DNA of 64,000 nucleotides from NCBI GenBank assembly GCA_965655095.1, contig OZ296652.1, forward strand, positions 100,316,001-100,380,000, written 5' to 3'. Position 1 is the stretch's first letter. Each line of letters begins with the position of its first letter. The DNA comes from Haplodiscus bocki. Taxonomy: Eukaryota. Positions 47,131 to 61,390 of this stretch are shown here, piece by piece. A model generated the notes under the pieces. That model was given only the letters and a program-made list of their open reading frames with translations, was not told the DNA's origin and made no database searches. The position numbers and the translations under genes were made by a program.

Positions 47131-49325
47131 AGACAGCTCGACCGAATGAACTTTTCCAATTTTATGAACTCGGACCAGGATTTCTGTTGAGAACAATTTG
47201 AGTATTTGCGGAAGAGGGCTAAATTATGCAAGTATCGCCTTATTTTCAATTAGCAGTAAGAAAGCTGTTTTGAAGGGCAGAAGAGCTCTTTCGACAGGCA
47301 AAACCACAAACAGCAAATGACTTCCAGGAAAGAAAGTTCAACCTTACATTATTGAAACAACAAAGCCGAAAAAACCCACATATAGTTTGACCAATTAAGG
47401 CGGAACCGACTTAGGCCCTTCCCGGTTTGTTGAATATCTGATTAGGTATAATTTATACTCACTAACATTGAGAAAAAAAAAGATTTTCAGTCATCAAGAA
47501 CATAACATAACAGAAACAAGATTGCGGCAACATCCGAAAATGAGTGATAGAAATCGATATAAATAGAATATTACTGGAAAAGGGGCACCAATATTGAAGC
47601 AAATGAATGATAGTAGACAGTTCACTTCTGTTGTATAAATTTTTGTTCATGTAACTTCTGGAGGTAATCCTGATACTGGTTTCGCGGAAAAAAAAAGATT
47701 TTGAATATCGACAAAATCCAATACAAATAGCCGTTCTTGGCATAATGGGGTTTCCTAATGCTAGGAAATAACCCGCGATATCTTCACAGAGTGACTCGCA
47801 AAATGATAAAAAAAAACGATGGAAACGTTGATTCAGAAAATCAAGCCTGTAATTTTGCAGAAATTGACAACCAAGAAAAACCTTCACTAATAGCATTTTT
47901 TTGGAATATTAGCCCAATCTCTTTCTGCTGCAATGCCGAAACCCTAAGAAATTATTGTTCAAAAATAACCTACAAGACGGAAATTATCGACTCAGACCTT
48001 GATAGGGAAAATCCAGAAGCGGGAAAAAAGTCTGAATGTCGGGAAGGGTCCTACTGAAAGGGATTTTTAGGAATTTTCAACCTACCTATTCACTGTTCCA
48101 AGATATCATTTTGAAAGGAAAACAGCGAAAATTGCGTAAAGGCCTAAAATAGCGGAATATGAATTGAAATTACGAAAGGGAATTGCTCTATATATATGTT
48201 GCGTATAATTCTAACAATAGTCAGGATTTATATTAATGCGACTAGACGTTATTAATACAAAAGCAAATTTACTCAATGCAGACAAAAGTAACAAAAAGCA
48301 AAATTTTACAAATTTTATAGGACTATGATGGTATTTATTTGAAAACTTCCAACAAATGTAGCAAAAATTAGAAAAGTCGTTTTCGGCCATATTTTACATT
48401 TTTAGAGATTCTCCTGACTTTAGATATTAATTATGGATTTTTATTTTATCAATAGATGCCTTTGATGTTTTCAGAGACAGCCGATGTCATCTGGCGGCGG
48501 AAAAGTTTTCAAAAACTCTTCAAAACCCATCTTGAATCTACTAAAGTTGAAAATCAAGGTATTAAAACAGGATGTTAAAATTATGATTTTTCTTTTTGCA
48601 ACTTGTTCATTATTTTGGAGGAAGTGTTGAAGATAAAAAGTTCGGGGAACAAGCAAAACGAACAGATCATCTAATTCGTTTCTTGATATCTTGCGTCGCT
48701 GTCAAGATTTCTAACGAAAACTGTCAAAATTAGTCAAGTTACGCCATGCTTGTATAATTTATATGCTCATGCCTACTCTGATCTCCTATTATTGACTCCT
48801 TCACTTGAGATTTAGTAAAGCGTATTAAAAATGCTTAGTCGCATTAATTTAAATCATGACTGTATGTCTGTGACACAGCAGTAGCAGCCATCCTACTTAC
48901 AGCTGGCGACATACAACTTAAGCAAATTTGTAACTATGCCGAGAAGTTTCAAGCAACAATTAGTGTTGCAGAAGTGTCCGATTCCGTTATGTCCTGTCTC
49001 GAAAAAGACGGTCAGTGTCGTACCAATAATTTCTTCCACCTTCGGTATTAAGAACGTGAAAACTTATTCAACAACAAACTTTAACTGAAATAATTTTTAA
49101 GGAACAGGGAAAAATTCAAGCCGACGTAAAAATATATTAAAATAGATCTATAATTTTTCCAGATATAACTTTTATAAAGATCAGGATAAAAGAAAATGCG
49201 GTTTCTGCCTAATATTAGTGGAAAAAAATATATCAAAATAGAATATCAGGGTAATGGAAAAAAATTCGATGAGCTATGAGCAATAAAGCACACTTCCAAA
49301 AAGGAGGGTGAGAATGAAAATTTTT

Positions 49326-49910
49326 TTAATAAAACCAGTAAAAAGTAAGCACCGACAGAGCACCAACGTACAAGGCAAAAACAAAATAGCATAGAATCCT
49401 GGGAACTAAATTTGGTGAAAAGGAAATAGGTTTATTGAAATTGCTGTCAACTATTAAAAACTCAAAGGAACCTGTTTGCCCAAATTTTGCAATTGTTGAT
49501 TGACATTGGAGGCATAGATAATACGGCGAGAAGGAATTTAAGGCTTTGTACAGCGTAAACAAGAGAGAAGCGAATATTACGATATTTACAAATAGGCTTT
49601 TGACGAAGTCTGAGAACAAATTGTAGAAATACCGTACGGAGAAACTGCCGAAATCATGAAAACTAGTCAAGGAATGATAACAATACAGACAAGAAAAGAT
49701 CCAAAGAAGGAAAAAGAGAAGACATAAAGCAAGCGTCACGGTCCTTCTTCTTCGTTTATAATAAATGTAGGTTTGAACCAAAGAATTGCAATAAGGGCAA
49801 ACTAAGGTGTAAGAAGCAGCCCGAAGAGAAGTAAAAACTCTAACAACATTTCTCATGACATCCAATTCACCCGGATTATGGTCATCCATATCTAATTCTG
49901 AAAATTTCAT
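49326..49910 (-). CDS. LITAF-like protein, copy 3
   Basis: Identical protein, with one synonymous TTT>TTC change. Confidence 0.7.
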   Translation of the reverse strand: MKFSELDMDDHNPGELDVMRNVVRVFTSLRAASYTLVCPYCNSLVQTYIYYKRRRRTVTLALCLLFFLLWIFSCLYCYHSLTSFHDFGSFSVRYFYNLFSDFVKSLFVNIVIFASLLFTLYKALNSFSPYYLCLQCQSTIAKFGQTGSFEFLIVDSNFNKPISFSPNLVPRILCYFVFALYVGALSVLTFYWFY

Positions 49911-50458
49911 ACTTTCCTCAATCTGCTTTCAAATTATTCTACTCAAAATTATTCGTGCCCTGAAAAAGATGTTTGTTTGATACTCTCTCATTTCATGTAG
50001 TCTGACGATGATTCTTTATACTGATAAGGCTTTTTATCTGAAAAGATGAGTTCTTTGAACGTGCTGAAGAAGGAAAACTCACTGCAAAGAATTATTTTTT
50101 CGCTTGCAACGAAATTAACTATATATTTTCAATCATGAGTAAAAAGGTATTAAAAACGCAAGTTCAGTTGTACCAGAAATGTATCCGCACATTTCTTATA
50201 CTTCATCAGGTATGGTGCCAGGTAAAACGGAGAGTTGCGTTCTTTAATCGAAACCGACGGACATTGGAAAAGAAAAATACCTGATCTAATGTTACAAAGC
50301 TGCTACTTGTGATTACCATGATGCACAGAGTTACAAAGAATCGGGTATGAAAACATAGCCTGAGAGATTATAGCAGCAATAATCACATTATTCAAAATCA
50401 ACACTTCAATAACTCCTCCGATAAAGGACTCTGCTAGATCTGTAGCTTTTCCGGGCTT

Positions 50459-51884
50459 TTTGTTGTCGTTGTTGGGAATTCGCAGCTTTAGCTGCAGGGC
50501 TCAGTGCCCCAGTCGTCATTTTAAAATAATGTCCTTTTTGCGGCACGTGGGGCAGTCGCAGGAGAGCTGCCAAGTGCACACGTTCGATTCCGAGTATTTT
50601 TCATCAACAAGCTTCCACAATAATTTTAGAAGTCTGTTCTTCAGTCTTTGCGTGTTCATGAAGTCGATATAGTCGTCCAATCGATTGACGAGTCTGCAAT
50701 TTCTGAAGATGAAATTGCTTCATCCTTTCTCTGTTCGTGTCTTCCGAAGTTTGAAGGTTTCACTTCTTCCTCTTATTTCGGGTCTCTCGGGTAGGCTGAA
50801 GCTGGTTCCCGTTTCTTCGTTTGTGATTTTCGATAAGAGCAGCACATCGTTCAACTGTAGAAACATTGGTAGCGGCAGGATGTTCAGGATTTTCAGTTGG
50901 CTTCGATAACTCATTGTCTTATTCCCGGTTATCCATCCCACTACCTTCTTCTGGAAATTTTCTAGTAGGTGGAGATCTGCTCTTGATGCAAAGACACAAG
51001 CGAAACCGTACAACAGTACTGGCAAGATGAGAGACTTGTACAGTCCTAGTTTTACAAGTGTCTGTACTTTCACTGCAACGTTTCTGCGGAGAAGGTATAG
51101 CCTTTTATTGGCTTTCCTCAATCCCTCTTCGATGTGTATTTTCCAGGTTAGATTATCCGAGACATGGATGCCGAGATCTTCACAGTCTTTGAGTGATCTA
51201 GTTTTTGATCCAAGATCTAGTTGAAACTTCGGTCACTGCCTCTAAAGGTGATTTTCGTACACTTGTCCATGGCAAGTTCCAATCTGTCCTTTTTCACCCA
51301 TTCTTCAACCCTATTCAGATCACCCTGTTTTTCCCAGTAAGATTTCTTAATTGAGAGTACTTTCAAGTCATCCGCAAAGATGAATGGTTCAGAAAAGGTT
51401 AGAACTTCCCGTAGATCGTTTATAAATATGCAGAACGGCAAAGGGCGCAAGAACCTTGGGGTACTCCACTAGTAGCACCTAGAGTTCTGGAGCTACAGTT
51501 GTCGATTCTCACAAATTGCTTGCGATTTTCAAGTTAGTTGATCAGGATTTCAAGTAGACCCCGCCTACCCCGATTTGGGCGACCTTTTGGATGAGTTCGT
51601 AATCAGGCACCTTATAGAAGGCTTTAGAGAAGTCAGTGTAGAAGGCCACAATTTCGGAGTTTGGGTCGCTGTCCAGCGCTTCATGTATCTTTTTGAGAAA
51701 GGACAACATGTTCGAAAGAACGGATCTGTGCTTCACAAACCCGTGTTGATGATTGGTAAGTTAGAAGGTGAAGTGGTTGCAGAGAGCTTTATAAATGCAT
51801 TTTTCAAATATTTTGCTTTCGATGTTCACTAGAGAGACTGGTAGGTAGCTACTGACTAATTCGTCTATCCCCTTTTTTGTGAAA
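50459..51884 (-). mobile_element. Truncated CR1/L2-group LINE, copy 3
   Basis: Repeat of 40952-42377. Confidence 0.9.
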
Positions 51885-54078
51885 AGACAGCTCGACCGAA
51901 TGAACTTTTCCAATTTTATGAACTCGGACCAGGATTTCTGTTGAGAACAATTTGAGTATTTGCGGAAGAGGGCTAAATTATGCAAGTATCGCCTTATTTT
52001 CAATTAGCAGTAAGAAAGCTGTTTTGAAGGGCAGAAGAGCTCTTTCGACAGGCAAAACCACAAACAGCAAATGACTTCCAGGAAAGAAAGTTCAACCTTA
52101 CATTATTGAAACAACAAAGCCGAAAAAACCCACATATAGTTTGACCAATTAAGGCGGAACCGACTTAGGCCCTTCCCGGTTTGTTGAATATCTGATTAGG
52201 TATAATTTATACTCACTAACATTGAGAAAAAAAAAAATTTTCAGTCATCAAGAACATAACATAACAGAAACAAGATTGCGGCAACGTCCGAAAATGAGTG
52301 ATAGAAATCGATATAAATAGAATATTACTGGAAAAGGGGCACCAATATTGAAGCAAATGAATGATAGTAGACAGTTCACTTCTGTTGTATAAATTTTTGT
52401 TCATGTAACTTCTGGAGGTAATCCTGATACTGGTTTCGCGGAAAAAAAAAGATTTTGAATATCGACAAAATCCAATACAAATAGCCGTTCTTGGCATAAT
52501 GGGGTTTCCTAATGCTAGGAAATAACCCGCGATATCTTCATAGAGTGACTCGCAAAATGATAAAAAAAACGATGGAAACGTTGATTCAGAAAATCAAGCC
52601 TGTAATTTTGGAGAAATTGACAACCAAGAAAAACCTTCACTAATAGCATTTTTTTGGAATATTAGCCCAATCTCTTTCTGCTGCAATGCCGAAACCCTAA
52701 GAAATTATTGTTCAAAAATAACCTACAAGACGGAAATTATCGACTCAGACCTTGATAGGGAAAATCCAGAAGCGGGAAAAAAGTCTGAATGTCGGGAAGG
52801 GTCCTACTGAAAGGGATTTTTAGGAATTTTCAACCTACCTATTCACTGTTCCAAGATATCTATTTGAAAGGAAAACAGCGAAAATTGCGTAAATGCCTAA
52901 AATAGCGGAATATGAATTGAAATTACGAAAGGGAATTGCTCTATATATATGTTGCGTATAATTCTAACAATAGTCAGGATTTATATTAATGCGACTAGAC
53001 GTTATTAATACAAAAGCAAATTTACTCAATGCAGACAAAAGTAACAAAAAGCAAAATTTTACAAATTTTATAGGACTATGATGGTATTTATTTGAAAACT
53101 TCCAACAAATGTAGCAAAAATTAGAAAAGTCGTTTTCGGCCATATTTTACATTTTTAGAGATTCTCCTGACTTTAGATATTAATTATGGATTTTTATTTT
53201 ATCAATAGATGCCTTTGATGTTTTCAGAGACAGCCGATGTCATCTGGCGGCGGAAAAGTTTTCAAAAACTCTTCAAAACCCATCTTGAATCTACTAAAGT
53301 TGAAAATCAAGGTATTAAAACAGGATGTTAAAATTATGATTTTTCTTTTTGCAACTTGTTCATTATTTTGGAGGAAGTGTTGAAGATAAAAAGTTCGGGG
53401 AACAAGCAAAACGAACAGATCATCTAATTCGTTTCTTGATATCTTGCGTCGCTGTCAAGATTTCTAACGAAAACTGTCAAAATTAGTCAAGTTACGCCAT
53501 GCTTGTATAATTTATATGCTCATGCCTACTCTGATCTCCTATTATTGACTCCTTCACTTGGGATTTAGTAAAGCGTATTAAAAATGCTTAGTCGCATTAA
53601 TTTAAATCATGACTGTATGTCTGTGACACAGCAGTAGCAGCCATCCTACTTACAGCTGGCGACATACAACTTAAGCAAATTTGTAACTATGCCGAGAAGT
53701 TTCAAGCAACAATTAGTGTTGCAGAAGTGTCCGATTCCGTTATGTCCTGTCTCGAAAAAGACGGTCAGTGTCGTACCAATAATTTCTTCCACCTTCGGTA
53801 TTAAGAACGTGAAAACTTATTCAACAACAAACTTTAACTGAAATAATTTTTAAGGAACAGGGAAAAATTCAAGCCGACGTAAAAATATATTAAAATAGAT
53901 CTATAATTTTTCCAGATATAACTTTTATAAAGATCAGGATAAAAGAAAATGCGGTTTCTGCCTAATATTAGTGGAAAAAAATATATCAAAATAGAATATC
54001 AGGGTAATGGAAAAAAATTCGATGAGCTATGAGCAATAAAGCACACTTCCAAAAAGGAGGGTGAGAATGAAAATTTTT

Positions 54079-54663
54079 TTAATAAAACCAGTAAAAAGTA
54101 AGCACCGACAGAGCACCAACGTACAAGGCAAAAACAAAATAGCATAGAATCCTGGGAACTAAATTTGGTGAAAAGGAAATAGGTTTATTGAAATTGCTGT
54201 CAACTATTAAAAACTCAAAGGAACCTGTTTGCCCAAATTTTGCAATTGTTGATTGACATTGGAGGCATAGATAATACGGCGAGAAGGAATTTAAGGCTTT
54301 GTACAGCGTAAACAAGAGAGAAGCGAATATTACGATATTTACAAATAGGCTTTTGACGAAGTCTGAGAACAAATTGTAGAAATACCGTACGGAGAAACTG
54401 CCGAAATCATGAAAACTAGTCAAGGAATGATAACAATACAGACAAGAAAAGATCCAAAGAAGGAAAAAGAGAAGACATAAAGCAAGCGTCACGGTCCTTC
54501 TTCTTCGTTTATAATAAATGTAGGTTTGAACCAAAGAATTGCAATAAGGGCAAACTAAGGTGTAAGAAGCAGCCCGAAGAGAAGTAAAAACTCTAACAAC
54601 ATTTCTCATGACATCCAATTCACCCGGATTATGGTCATCCATATCTAATTCTGAAAATTTCAT
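54079..54663 (-). CDS. LITAF-like protein, copy 4
   Basis: Identical protein. Confidence 0.7.
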   Translation of the reverse strand: MKFSELDMDDHNPGELDVMRNVVRVFTSLRAASYTLVCPYCNSLVQTYIYYKRRRRTVTLALCLLFFLLWIFSCLYCYHSLTSFHDFGSFSVRYFYNLFSDFVKSLFVNIVIFASLLFTLYKALNSFSPYYLCLQCQSTIAKFGQTGSFEFLIVDSNFNKPISFSPNLVPRILCYFVFALYVGALSVLTFYWFY

Positions 54664-55211
54664 ACTTTCCTCAATCTGCTTTCAAATTATTCTACTCAAA
54701 ATTATTCGTGCCCTGAAAAAGATGTTTGTTTGATACTCTCTCATTTCATGTAGTCTGACGATGATTCTTTATACTGATAAGGCTTTTTATCTGAAAAGAT
54801 GAGTTCTTTGAACGTGCTGAAGAAGGAAAACTCACTGCAAAGAATTATTTTTTCGCTTGCAACGAAATTAACTATATATTTTCAATCATGAGTAAAAAGG
54901 TATTAAAAACGCAAGTTCAGTTGTACCAGAAATGTATCCGCACATTTCTTATACTTCATCAGGTATGGTGCCAGGTAAAACGGAGAGTTGCGTTCTTTAA
55001 TCGAAACCGACGGACATTGGAAAAGAAAAATACCTGATCTAATGTTACAAAGCTGCTACTTGTGATTACCATGATGCACAGAGTTACAAAGAATCGGGTA
55101 TGAAAACATAGCCTGAGAGATTATAGCAGCAATAATCACATTATTCAAAATCAACACTTCAATAACTCCTCCGATAAAGGACTCTGCTAGATCTGTAGCT
55201 TTTCCGGGCTT

Positions 55212-56637
55212 TTTGTTGTCGTTGTTGGGAATTCGCAGCTTTAGCTGCAGGGCTCAGTGCCCCAGTCGTCATTTTAAAATAATGTCCTTTTTGCGGCACG
55301 TGGGGCAGTCGCAGGAGAGCTGCCAAGTGCACACGTTCGATTCCGAGTATTTTTCATCAACAAGCTTCCACAATAATTTTAGAAGTCTGTTCTTCAGTCT
55401 TTGCGTGTTCATGAAGTCGATATAGTCGTCCAATCGATTGACGAGTCTGCAATTTCTGAAGATGAAATTGCTTCATCCTTTCTCTGTTCGTGTCTTCCGA
55501 AGTTTGAAGGTTTCACTTCTTCCTCTTATTTCGGGTCTCTCGGGTAGGCTGAAGCTGGTTCCCGTTTCTTCGTTTGTGATTTTCGATAAGAGCAGCACAT
55601 CGTTCAACTGTAGAAACATTGGTAGCGGCAGGATGTTCAGGATTTTCAGTTGGCTTCGATAACTCATTGTCTTATTCCCGGTTATCCATCCCACTACCTT
55701 CTTCTGGAAATTTTCTAGTAGGTGGAGATCTGCTCTTGATGCAAAGACACAAGCGAAACCGTACAACAGTACTGGCAAGATGAGAGACTTGTACAGTCCT
55801 AGTTTTACAAGTGTCTGTACTTTCACTGCAACGTTTCTGCGGAGAAGGTATAGCCTTTTATTGGCTTTCCTCAATCCCTCTTCGATGTGTATTTTCCAGG
55901 TTAGATTATCCGAGACATGGATGCCGAGATCTTCACAGTCTTTGAGTGATCTAGTTTTTGATCCAAGATCTAGTTGAAACTTCGGTCACTGCCTCTAAAG
56001 GTGATTTTCGTACACTTGTCCATGGCAAGTTCCAATCTGTCCTTTTTCACCCATTCTTCAACCCTATTCAGATCACCCTGTTTTTCCCAGTAAGATTTCT
56101 TAATTGAGAGTACTTTCAAGTCATCCGCAAAGATGAATGGTTCAGAAAAGGTTAGAACTTCCCGTAGATCGTTTATAAATATGCAGAACGGCAAAGGGCG
56201 CAAGAACCTTGGGGTACTCCACTAGTAGCACCTAGAGTTCTGGAGCTACAGTTGTCGATTCTCACAAATTGCTTGCGATTTTCAAGTTAGTTGATCAGGA
56301 TTTCAAGTAGACCCCGCCTACCCCGATTTGGGCGACCTTTTGGATGAGTTCGTAATCAGGCACCTTATAGAAGGCTTTAGAGAAGTCAGTGTAGAAGGCC
56401 ACAATTTCGGAGTTTGGGTCGCTGTCCAGCGCTTCATGTATCTTTTTGAGAAAGGACAACATGTTCGAAAGAACGGATCTGTGCTTCACAAACCCGTGTT
56501 GATGATTGGTAAGTTAGAAGGTGAAGTGGTTGCAGAGAGCTTTATAAATGCATTTTTCAAATATTTTGCTTTCGATGTTCACTAGAGAGACTGGTAGGTA
56601 GCTACTGACTAATTCGTCTATCCCCTTTTTTGTGAAA
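55212..56637 (-). mobile_element. Truncated CR1/L2-group LINE, copy 4
   Basis: Repeat of 40952-42377. Confidence 0.9.
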
Positions 56638-58831
56638 AGACAGCTCGACCGAATGAACTTTTCCAATTTTATGAACTCGGACCAGGATTTCTGTTGAGAA
56701 CAATTTGAGTATTTGCGGAAGAGGGCTAAATTATGCAAGTATCGCCTTATTTTCAATTAGCAGTAAGAAAGCTGTTTTGAAGGGCAGAAGAGCTCTTTCG
56801 ACAGGCAAAACCACAAACAGCAAATGACTTCCAGGAAAGAAAGTTCAACCTTACATTATTGAAACAACAAAGCCGAAAAAACCCACATATAGTTTGACCA
56901 ATTAAGGCGGAACCGACTTAGGCCCTTCCCGGTTTGTTGAATATCTGATTAGGTATAATTTATACTCACTAACATTGAGAAAAAAAAAGATTTTCAGTCA
57001 TCAAGAACATAACATAACAGAAACAAGATTGCGGCAACGTCCGAAAATGAGTGATAGAAATCGATATAAATAGAATATTACTGGAAAAGGGGCACCAATA
57101 TTGAAGCAAATGAATGATAGTAGACAGTTCACTTCTGTTGTATAAATTTTTGTTCATGTAACTTCTGGAGGTAATCCTGATACTGGTTTCGCGGAAAAAA
57201 AAAGATTTTGAATATCGACAAAATCCAATACAAATAGCCGTTCTTGGCATAATGGGGTTTCCTAATGCTAGGAAATAACCCGCGATATCTTCATAGAGTG
57301 ACTCGCAAAATGATAAAAAAAACGATGAAAACGTTGATTCAGAAAATCAAGCCTGTAATTTTGGAGAAATTGACAACCAAGAAAAACCTTCACTAATAGC
57401 ATTTTTTTGGAATATTAGCCCAATCTCTTTCTGCTGCAATGCCGAAACCCTAAGAAATTATTGTTCAAAAATAACCTACAAGACGGAAATTATCGACTCA
57501 GACCTTGATAGGGAAAATCCAGAAGCGGGAAAAAAGTCTGAATGTCGGGAAGGGTCCTACTGAAAGGGATTTTTAGGAATTTTCAACCTACCTATTCACT
57601 GTTCCAAGATATCTATTTGAAAGGAAAACAGCGAAAATTGCGTAAATGCCTAAAATAGCGGAATATGAATTGAAATTACGAAAGGGAATTGCTCTATATA
57701 TATGTTGCGTATAATTCTAACAATAGTCAGGATTTATATTAATGCGACTAGACGTTATTAATACAAAAGCAAATTTACTCAATGCAGACAAAAGTAACAA
57801 AAAGCAAAATTTTACAAATTTTATAGGACTATGATGGTATTTATTTGAAAACTTCCAACAAATGTAGCAAAAATTAGAAAAGTCGTTTTCGGCCATATTT
57901 TACATTTTTAGAGATTCTCCTGACTTTAGATATTAATTATGGATTTTTATTTTATCAATAGATGCCTTTGATGTTTTCAGAGACAGCCGATGTCATCTGG
58001 CGGCGGAAAAGTTTTCAAAAACTCTTCAAAACCCATCTTGAATCTACTAAAGTTGAAAATCAAGGTATTAAAACAGGATGTTAAAATTATGATTTTTCTT
58101 TTTGCAACTTGTTCATTATTTTGGAGGAAGTGTTGAAGATAAAAAGTTCGGGGAACAAGCAAAACGAACAGATCATCTAATTCGTTTCTTGATATCTTGC
58201 GTCGCTGTCAAGATTTCTAACGAAAACTGTCAAAATTAGTCAAGTTACGCCATGCTTGTATAATTTATATGCTCATGCCTACTCTGATCTCCTATTATTG
58301 ACTCCTTCACTTGGGATTTAGTAAAGCGTATTAAAAATGCTTAGTCGCATTAATTTAAATCATGACTGTATGTCTGTGACACAGCAGTAGCAGCCATCCT
58401 ACTTACAGCTGGCGACATACAACTTAAGCAAATTTGTAACTATGCCGAGAAGTTTCAAGCAACAATTAGTGTTGCAGAAGTGTCCGATTCCGTTATGTCC
58501 TGTCTCGAAAAAGACGGTCAGTGTCGTACCAATAATTTCTTCCACCTTCGGTATTAAGAACGTGAAAACTTATTCAACAACAAACTTTAACTGAAATAAT
58601 TTTTAAGGAACAGGGAAAAATTCAAGCCGACGTAAAAATATATTAAAATAGATCTATAATTTTTCCAGATATAACTTTTATAAAGATCAGGATAAAAGAA
58701 AATGCGGTTTCTGCCTAATATTAGTGGAAAAAAATATATCAAAATAGAATATCAGGGTAATGGAAAAAAATTCGATGAGCTATGAGCAATAAAGCACACT
58801 TCCAAAAAGGAGGGTGAGAATGAAAATTTTT

Positions 58832-59416
58832 TTAATAAAACCAGTAAAAAGTAAGCACCGACAGAGCACCAACGTACAAGGCAAAAACAAAATAGCATAG
58901 AATCCTGGGAACTAAATTTGGTGAAAAGGAAATAGGTTTATTGAAATTGCTGTCAACTATTAAAAACTCAAAGGAACCTGTTTGCCCAAATTTTGCAATT
59001 GTTGATTGACATTGGAGGCATAGATAATACGGCGAGAAGGAATTTAAGGCTTTGTACAGCGTAAACAAGAGAGAAGCGAATATTACGATATTTACAAATA
59101 GGCTTTTGACGAAGTCTGAGAACAAATTGTAGAAATACCGTACGGAGAAACTGCCGAAATCATGAAAACTAGTCAAGGAATGATAACAATACAGACAAGA
59201 AAAGATCCAAAGAAGGAAAAAGAGAAGACATAAAGCAAGCGTCACGGTCCTTCTTCTTCGTTTATAATAAATGTAGGTTTGAACCAAAGAATTGCAATAA
59301 GGGCAAACTAAGGTGTAAGAAGCAGCCCGAAGAGAAGTAAAAACTCTAACAACATTTCTCATGACATCCAATTCACCCGGATTATGGTCATCCATATCTA
59401 ATTCTGAAAATTTCAT
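58832..59416 (-). CDS. LITAF-like protein, copy 5
   Basis: Identical protein. Confidence 0.7.
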   Translation of the reverse strand: MKFSELDMDDHNPGELDVMRNVVRVFTSLRAASYTLVCPYCNSLVQTYIYYKRRRRTVTLALCLLFFLLWIFSCLYCYHSLTSFHDFGSFSVRYFYNLFSDFVKSLFVNIVIFASLLFTLYKALNSFSPYYLCLQCQSTIAKFGQTGSFEFLIVDSNFNKPISFSPNLVPRILCYFVFALYVGALSVLTFYWFY

Positions 59417-59964
59417 ACTTTCCTCAATCTGCTTTCAAATTATTCTACTCAAAATTATTCGTGCCCTGAAAAAGATGTTTGTTTGATACCCTCTCATTTC
59501 ATGTAGTCTGACGATGATTCTTTATACTGATAAGGCTTTTTATCTGAAAAGATGAGTTCTTTGAACGTGCTGAAGAAGGAAAACTCACTGCAAAGAATTA
59601 TTTTTTCGCTTGCAACGAAATTAACTATATATTTTCAATCATGAGTAAAAAGGTATTAAAAACGCAAGTTCAGTTGTACCAGAAATGTATCCGCACATTT
59701 CTTATACTTCATCAGGTATGGTGCCAGGTAAAACGGAGAGTTGCGTTCTTTAATCGAAACCGACGGACATTGGAAAAGAAAAATACCTGATCTAATGTTA
59801 CAAAGCTGCTACTTGTGATTACCATGATGCACAGAGTTACAAAGAATCGGGTATGAAAACATAGCCTGAGAGATTATAGCAGCAATAATCACATTATTCA
59901 AAATCAACACTTCAATAACTCCTCCGATAAAGGACTCTGCTAGATCTGTAGCTTTTCCGGGCTT

Positions 59965-61390
59965 TTTGTTGTCGTTGTTGGGAATTCGCAGCTTTAGCTG
60001 CAGGGCTCAGTGCCCCAGTCGTCATTTTAAAATAATGTCCTTTTTGCGGCACGTGGGGCAGTCGCAGGAGAGCTGCCAAGTGCACACGTTCGATTCCGAG
60101 TATTTTTCATCAACAAGCTTCCACAATAATTTTAGAAGTCTGTTCTTCAGTCTTTGCGTGTTCATGAAGTCGATATAGTCGTCCAATCGATTGACGAGTC
60201 TGCAATTTCTGAAGATGAAATTGCTTCATCCTTTCTCTGTTCGTGTCTTCCGAAGTTTGAAGGTTTCACTTCTTCCTCTTATTTCGGGTCTCTCGGGTAG
60301 GCTGAAGCTGGTTCCCGTTTCTTCGTTTGTGATTTTCGATAAGAGCAGCACATCGTTCAACTGTAGAAACATTGGTAGCGGCAGGATGTTCAGGATTTTC
60401 AGTTGGCTTCGATAACTCATTGTCTTATTCCCGGTTATCCATCCCACTACCTTCTTCTGGAAATTTTCTAGTAGGTGGAGATCTGCTCTTGATGCAAAGA
60501 CACAAGCGAAACCGTACAACAGTACTGGCAAGATGAGAGACTTGTACAGTCCTAGTTTTACAAGTGTCTGTACTTTCACTGCAACGTTTCTGCGGAGAAG
60601 GTATAGCCTTTTATTGGCTTTCCTCAATCCCTCTTCGATGTGTATTTTCCAGGTTAGATTATCCGAGACATGGATGCCGAGATCTTCACAGTCTTTGAGT
60701 GATCTAGTTTTTGATCCAAGATCTAGTTGAAACTTCGGTCACTGCCTCTAAAGGTGATTTTCGTACACTTGTCCATGGCAAGTTCCAATCTGTCCTTTTT
60801 CACCCATTCTTCAACCCTATTCAGATCACCCTGTTTTTCCCAGTAAGATTTCTTAATTGAGAGTACTTTCAAGTCATCCGCAAAGATGAATGGTTCAGAA
60901 AAGGTTAGAACTTCCCGTAGATCGTTTATAAATATGCAGAACGGCAAAGGGCGCAAGAACCTTGGGGTACTCCACTAGTAGCACCTAGAGTTCTGGAGCT
61001 ACAGTTGTCGATTCTCACAAATTGCTTGCGATTTTCAAGTTAGTTGATCAGGATTTCAAGTAGACCCCGCCTACCCCGATTTGGGCGACCTTTTGGATGA
61101 GTTCGTAATCAGGCACCTTATAGAAGGCTTTAGAGAAGTCAGTGTAGAAGGCCACAATTTCGGAGTTTGGGTCGCTGTCCAGCGCTTCATGTATCTTTTT
61201 GAGAAAGGACAACATGTTCGAAAGAACGGATCTGTGCTTCACAAACCCGTGTTGATGATTGGTAAGTTAGAAGGTGAAGTGGTTGCAGAGAGCTTTATAA
61301 ATGCATTTTTCAAATATTTTGCTTTCGATGTTCACTAGAGAGACTGGTAGGTAGCTACTGACTAATTCGTCTATCCCCTTTTTTGTGAAA
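59965..61390 (-). mobile_element. Truncated CR1/L2-group LINE, copy 5
   Basis: Repeat of 40952-42377. Confidence 0.9.
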